NCBI RefSeq assembly: GCF_004010195.1
Contig: NC_057719.1
Span: 26,936,418-27,000,417, forward strand
Direction of reading: 5' to 3'
DNA length: 64,000 nucleotides
From: Chiloscyllium plagiosum
Lineage: Eukaryota
The first letter of the stretch is position 1. Every line of letters starts with the position of its first letter. Shown one piece after another: positions 62,220-64,000 of this stretch. A program made the position numbers and the translations under genes. A model generated the notes under the pieces. It searched no databases. It was not told the DNA's origin and saw only the letters and a program-made list of their open reading frames with translations.

Positions 62220-64000
62220 GTAAGTACATGCATTTTTTAATTACCAATATAAAATGGTTGTCAGTTTTTTTTTAAGATTATGGTATCCATCCTAAGATGT
62301 TGCATTGATCCAGATGAAGAGTACATCTCATCTGGATCAGTCGGATCAGATCTGGATCAGATCTGTTAGTCGGACTTAATTATGCATAATTAGGATTTAA
62401 CAAGTTGACCACAAAGTTGCTGAATTTGTGAACTGACAACAGTGTGGTGAGTACAGCAGAGCGTCTGCAATTTGAGTGAACAATGGGGAAAATAATGTCT
62501 TACCTTAAAAAATGAATTTAAAGGTTTGAGAAATAACCAAAGGAAAAATTGAGAAAGAGTATGAGTTAGAAGGGATGAGTTAAATGTCAGATCAGGCACA
62601 AAAAGAAAAATTGAGAGGAAAAACGAATGGAAAGGGAAAGAAATAAAAGTCAATTTTTAAAAATTTAGATTTCCAAAATCTGCCAGAACAATTCACCACT
62701 GAAGGAATTAGGTTTTTGATTCATAATTGGTCATTTCCCGGGCAAGAAAGATTGATGTGCAATTATTAACAGTTATAACATAGTTACAAGAGTATATATA
62801 CTGATTATAACTTCATGTAGTAAATTTAGTAGTTAGTTGATTTCCAAAGCAAAAACTTTTCAATAATCATAAGAAAGTCAAAAGCAATGATGATATTTTT
62901 TGTGAAGCCTACTGCCAAGTCATAACTTGGGGACCATTTCCACTTCGCAGGGTATCTCTTCAATATCATTTGCCTTCTGATTTCCTTACCAATAAATATG
63001 TATATCATTCAAATGCCATAGTTTTTCAGTAAATTCTGGATCATTACTAAAATATAAAATACTCAATGTTATCAAAATATTGTTAAACAATTATCTATTT
63101 TACATAATCTTATTTCACGCAGTAATTCTTACAAATATGAGCAATATTGGTAAAATGTGTTAAAACATTTATAATAAATAGAAACATAATTAAATAATTA
63201 GTACTATTGAACATACAAGTGTATACTGACATGGCTGATTTCAGAAGCACAGCAAATGAAAATATGTTTGGAGTTCTGAAGAAGGGTCACCGGACTCAAA
63301 CGTTAACTCTGATTTCTCTCCATAGATGCTGCCAGATTTGCTGAGTTTTTCCAACAATTCCTGTTTGGGTTTTGATATTTGTTATATGACTGTTACCATT
63401 TCTAATTTGAATTGCTAAGCAATAAATGTTTTAAGGTGATTCTAGAACATAGAGTTTATATAATTCCATTTCTTTACCGTATACTTTTAAACTTATATTT
63501 AGGTACAACATCATCCTGAATAAAATATTTAAAGATGAGAGTGAATTTAACTGGGGAAAAACTCACCTCCATAAAACTCATAAAAATTGCATAAAACGGT
63601 CCACCTGTCATAAAAAAACTTATTCACTTACAGCATCAAAAACAGATACTTCTACAACAACCTCTTAAAACTGTCAATCAAGATTTAAATGCAGCCTTCT
63701 TGTTGAGATGAGCATTTTTGTGTCTTTTGAAATTTACAAGCGTTCACTATAGTCCCATCTATTGAAGCAAAATCTGGAAAATGTCAACAATGCAGACAAT
63801 TGAAATTGAAACATCAGATGGCTTTTCTAATTTATAAGTGATGATCTCTTCTGTTTTGTAATATTGCTTATCAATCAGTAGAGTGGGCAAATGTTTAGAG
63901 ATTTTTTGTAGTCCAACAGAAGGACCATTATTTTTACAAAGCTAAAAAACTTTGGAAATTTAATCTCAATTCAGACATGGGGTGAGAATTCCCCAGCATA

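Overview
This is vertebrate genomic DNA, almost certainly from an elasmobranch (shark-type HE1/V-SINEs and CR1/HER1-type LINEs). It contains four internal coding exons of the EAG-family potassium channel gene KCNH5 on the + strand, at 25325-25453, 38800-38915, 39453-39845 and 61790-62219, separated by repeat-rich introns. The main feature is an 8.06-kb endogenous retrovirus (5339-13399, + strand) with a perfect 5-bp target-site duplication (TSD), a tRNA-Ser primer-binding site (PBS), and ERV-L/ERV-S-like (class III) gag and pol separated by one in-frame TAG. A complete dUTPase sits inside its integrase region. Its env is still open, is not of the gamma type, and has a long Cys-rich TM ectodomain resembling foamy-virus Env and F-type fusogens. 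A deletion removed the env membrane anchor, the polypurine tract (PPT) and the start of the 3' LTR. The provirus is nested in a decayed Gypsy-type LTR retrotransposon with the Gmr1-like PR-IN-RT-RH domain order. Many short repeats carry minimal hammerhead-ribozyme-like cores (CTGAnGA...GAAAC), often as foldback insertions with TSDs, consistent with Penelope-like element remnants. All calls were made by eye, without database searches.
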